64,000 nt of DNA from a plasmid, in NCBI RefSeq assembly GCF_054482595.1, contig NZ_JBTHVH010000001.1. One strand, given 5' to 3'. Below, in pieces: positions 61,815 through 64,000 of this stretch. The notes beneath the pieces were generated by a model, which was not told where the DNA came from, ran no database searches, and worked only from the letters and a program-made list of their open reading frames with translations. Made by a program: the position numbers and the translations under genes. Every line of letters begins with the position of its first letter. The first letter of the stretch is position 1.

Positions 61815-64000
61815 TTATGCGTATTGTTGGATGACGGCCAGAACGTCCGCCACGTTGTGTTTTGTCTCGATAATCCACCAGTTACCCGGGAAATCGCTGT
61901 TCTTTGCCTTCGCTGGCAGCCAGCGAGCGCCGAATTTCGCCTTGATTGCGTCTTTCGCACGGAAAAGAATGCCTTTCATGCCGGACGCCTCCTGAAGCCC
62001 AAATACCTCGCCAGCGGCGAATTTTGGTGCGTACATCATCTTCAGGTCGGCGGTGGATACGCGATAATTCAGACCAAGAGACTGAGCTATGCTGGTGGCA
62101 TCACCCTGTATTGATGATAACTCTTCTTGTTTCTCGTTTCTGGCGGCAATTTCTTCCTCCGTGATGTTGCCAAGGGCCAGGTTTATCCGATCAGCGTCGG
62201 CCTGTTTCTCTTCATCGGTGCGCCCGGCAAGAACCGTGTTAATTCTCTGCAATATCTCCACATGATTCTTGCGCATGCTGAGCAATTCCGGCGTAACCTC
62301 GTTAAGATCCACCAGCCCAAGGATGGCAAGGTCGGAAAACATTGATACCAGGTTGTAGGTCATGCGATAGCTGAGTTGGCCATAGGCTGATGGCAACTGC
62401 ACCGCATCCATTTTATAGGCATCCATAAATTTAGAGCCGTCGTTTACGACATCCGCAATTGCCGGTGTGATTTTCCCTGTGGTGGCGGCCTCCCTGATTG
62501 CTGTTACCCACGATTGAGTCAGTGCGGCGACTGCATGATTCAGATTGGCTTCCCGTTCTGCTGCGATGCGCGCGCTTGCTGCGTCCATTGCCTGCTTGAT
62601 CTCGGCTTTATTGCTGTAAATGCCAATGGTGCCAAACTGTGCTGTGGTGATCTCATAATCTGACGCCCGGAACTCATGGGTACCGAAAATGGCATTGGTG
62701 ACCTCAAGTTCAGAATCCCCGTTACGAGTAGCCCCCTGGCTTGTTTTCTCCGGCATTCTGGCGATCGCATCCGCTATTTTCTCCTGAATTGCTTCAGGGG
62801 ATAGCGTATCTCCATATGACGCGATTACATCGCCATAATTGGAGCCAAACAGTTCAGTCAGGAATACTTCTGCCAAACGGACCTGGCGGTTATTCCCTTC
62901 AGACATCATACCAAGCACCCATTTTGCAATTGACGACTTCAGCGCGCCGTCACGGCGATCCGGGTAAACCGCATGCTTCAGTGGGTCCGTATAGGTACCA
63001 ACAAAATCAATGCTATAGCCTGACTCTGTAGTCTGAACGCCGTATGAGTCAGTGATTTTGATCATGCCGCGCTGCTGGAAACGGTAGAAATCGTCACAGG
63101 AAATGATGTCGTTAATCCCGGCGATGGAGACGCCACCACTGATTTTCTGCATAACAGCATCTTCATCGGGAGTTACATCCACCTGTTTATCCAGCGTCTT
63201 CACATCCCAGTTACCCGATTTGGTGCCTCTTAAGGTAAAGATGATCTCCACGTCTGCGCGCTGGCTGTCGAAGTCCAGCGACTTAATGCGAACGATATCA
63301 CCGGCACAATCGTAGTATTGGCCTACACGCCATGAGCGATCGCCGATAACAAGGAACTCATTCGCATGGTTAACCAGATCAGGATCAACATCCAGAATGC
63401 CTTTATTTATTGCATCCTCCACCAGCGGGCGCAGGCGTTTGATATCCGTCGCGGCCTTCTGAGTACGGTTCAATAATTTCTCATAGCGGGAGATGGCCTG
63501 AGAGATATTAGCCTTGCGCTGAATGGCGCTTTTCAACGACGCGCGATACTGTGCTAACAACATACGGTCTGTGTGATGGACACTCCCCCAGCGGGCCTTC
63601 CAGTCTGCGTTATCCGCTGCCTTGGCCATTGCCGCCTGTTTGAATTTAGCTACCTCGGCGGTGGTCTTTTCAAGTTCCGCTTTGCTTCGCTCTAATTCAG
63701 CGGTAAGTACCTCCACATCCTCGCCAGCTGCGTGCTGCGCCTTGATGTAGTTCTGAAGGTCGATAGTAGCCTGTTCTTTCTGGCGAGCGCGTTTCGCAGC
63801 TTTCGCCTTATCCATTTGAACCTGCATCATTGCCAGACGTTCGCCGTCATCCTTCGCGGTATACATCTGCATTTCGATCATGTCATTGGCGTCGGCGTTC
63901 TCCATTTCTGACTTATCTGAACGGAGGATATCGGAGATCCAGCCTGCTTTACGCTTCAGCGTCTTCAGTCGGTATTCATCGAAAGACCCCTTGCCGCAGT
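61815..64000 (-). CDS. large hypothetical protein, N-terminally truncated by the window edge (at least 728 aa)
   Basis: Reading frame remains open from 63905 to 64000; coiled-coil-rich; no Walker A or methyltransferase motifs in the visible part. Confidence 0.45.
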   Translation of the reverse strand, partial: CGKGSFDEYRLKTLKRKAGWISDILRSDKSEMENADANDMIEMQMYTAKDDGERLAMMQVQMDKAKAAKRARQKEQATIDLQNYIKAQHAAGEDVEVLTAELERSKAELEKTTAEVAKFKQAAMAKAADNADWKARWGSVHHTDRMLLAQYRASLKSAIQRKANISQAISRYEKLLNRTQKAATDIKRLRPLVEDAINKGILDVDPDLVNHANEFLVIGDRSWRVGQYYDCAGDIVRIKSLDFDSQRADVEIIFTLRGTKSGNWDVKTLDKQVDVTPDEDAVMQKISGGVSIAGINDIISCDDFYRFQQRGMIKITDSYGVQTTESGYSIDFVGTYTDPLKHAVYPDRRDGALKSSIAKWVLGMMSEGNNRQVRLAEVFLTELFGSNYGDVIASYGDTLSPEAIQEKIADAIARMPEKTSQGATRNGDSELEVTNAIFGTHEFRASDYEITTAQFGTIGIYSNKAEIKQAMDAASARIAAEREANLNHAVAALTQSWVTAIREAATTGKITPAIADVVNDGSKFMDAYKMDAVQLPSAYGQLSYRMTYNLVSMFSDLAILGLVDLNEVTPELLSMRKNHVEILQRINTVLAGRTDEEKQADADRINLALGNITEEEIAARNEKQEELSSIQGDATSIAQSLGLNYRVSTADLKMMYAPKFAAGEVFGLQEASGMKGILFRAKDAIKAKFGARWLPAKAKNSDFPGNWWIIETKHNVADVLAVIQQYA

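Noticed and set aside
61815-64000. Large minus-strand ORF as portal protein or as type III restriction Res/Mod
   Set aside because: The visible 728 aa contain no helicase Walker motifs and no methyltransferase DPPY/NPPF-type motifs, and the gene sits apart from the terminase genes; identity left open.

Overview
This window is about 64 kb of a P1-like temperate phage-plasmid genome (myovirus that lysogenises as a low-copy plasmid). The assignment rests on near-textbook P1 landmarks read directly from the sequence: a loxP site (55476-55509) followed by cre; the C1 repressor and Coi; at least 15 C1-operator-like sites (ATTGCTCTAATAAATTT family); the immI module c4-icd-ant followed by kilA-repL; parS-parB-parA; an iteron-flanked repA with GATC-rich oriR; ban; ppp; hot-humD with a LexA box; phd-doc; lpa-pacA-pacB with the pac hexamer cluster; a fused C5/N6 methyltransferase; tRNA-Asn, tRNA-Thr and tRNA-Ile2(CAU); and late blocks including sheath-like and major-head-like genes. 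Against this backbone several things stand out. There are three paralogous c4-icd-ant modules whose antisense recognition elements covary in a compensatory way, implying three distinct specificities. An AT-rich two-gene module sits between repL and the late genes. A two-gene insert with a T5orf172/GIY-YIG-like protein lies between parA and the incA iterons. The region downstream of cre carries an MBL-fold gene under a C1 operator, a translationally coupled gene pair and a large ORF running off the window. A set of long-stem structured elements clusters beside the tRNAs. Functional calls outside the recognised P1 core are motif-based and low confidence; no database search could be run.
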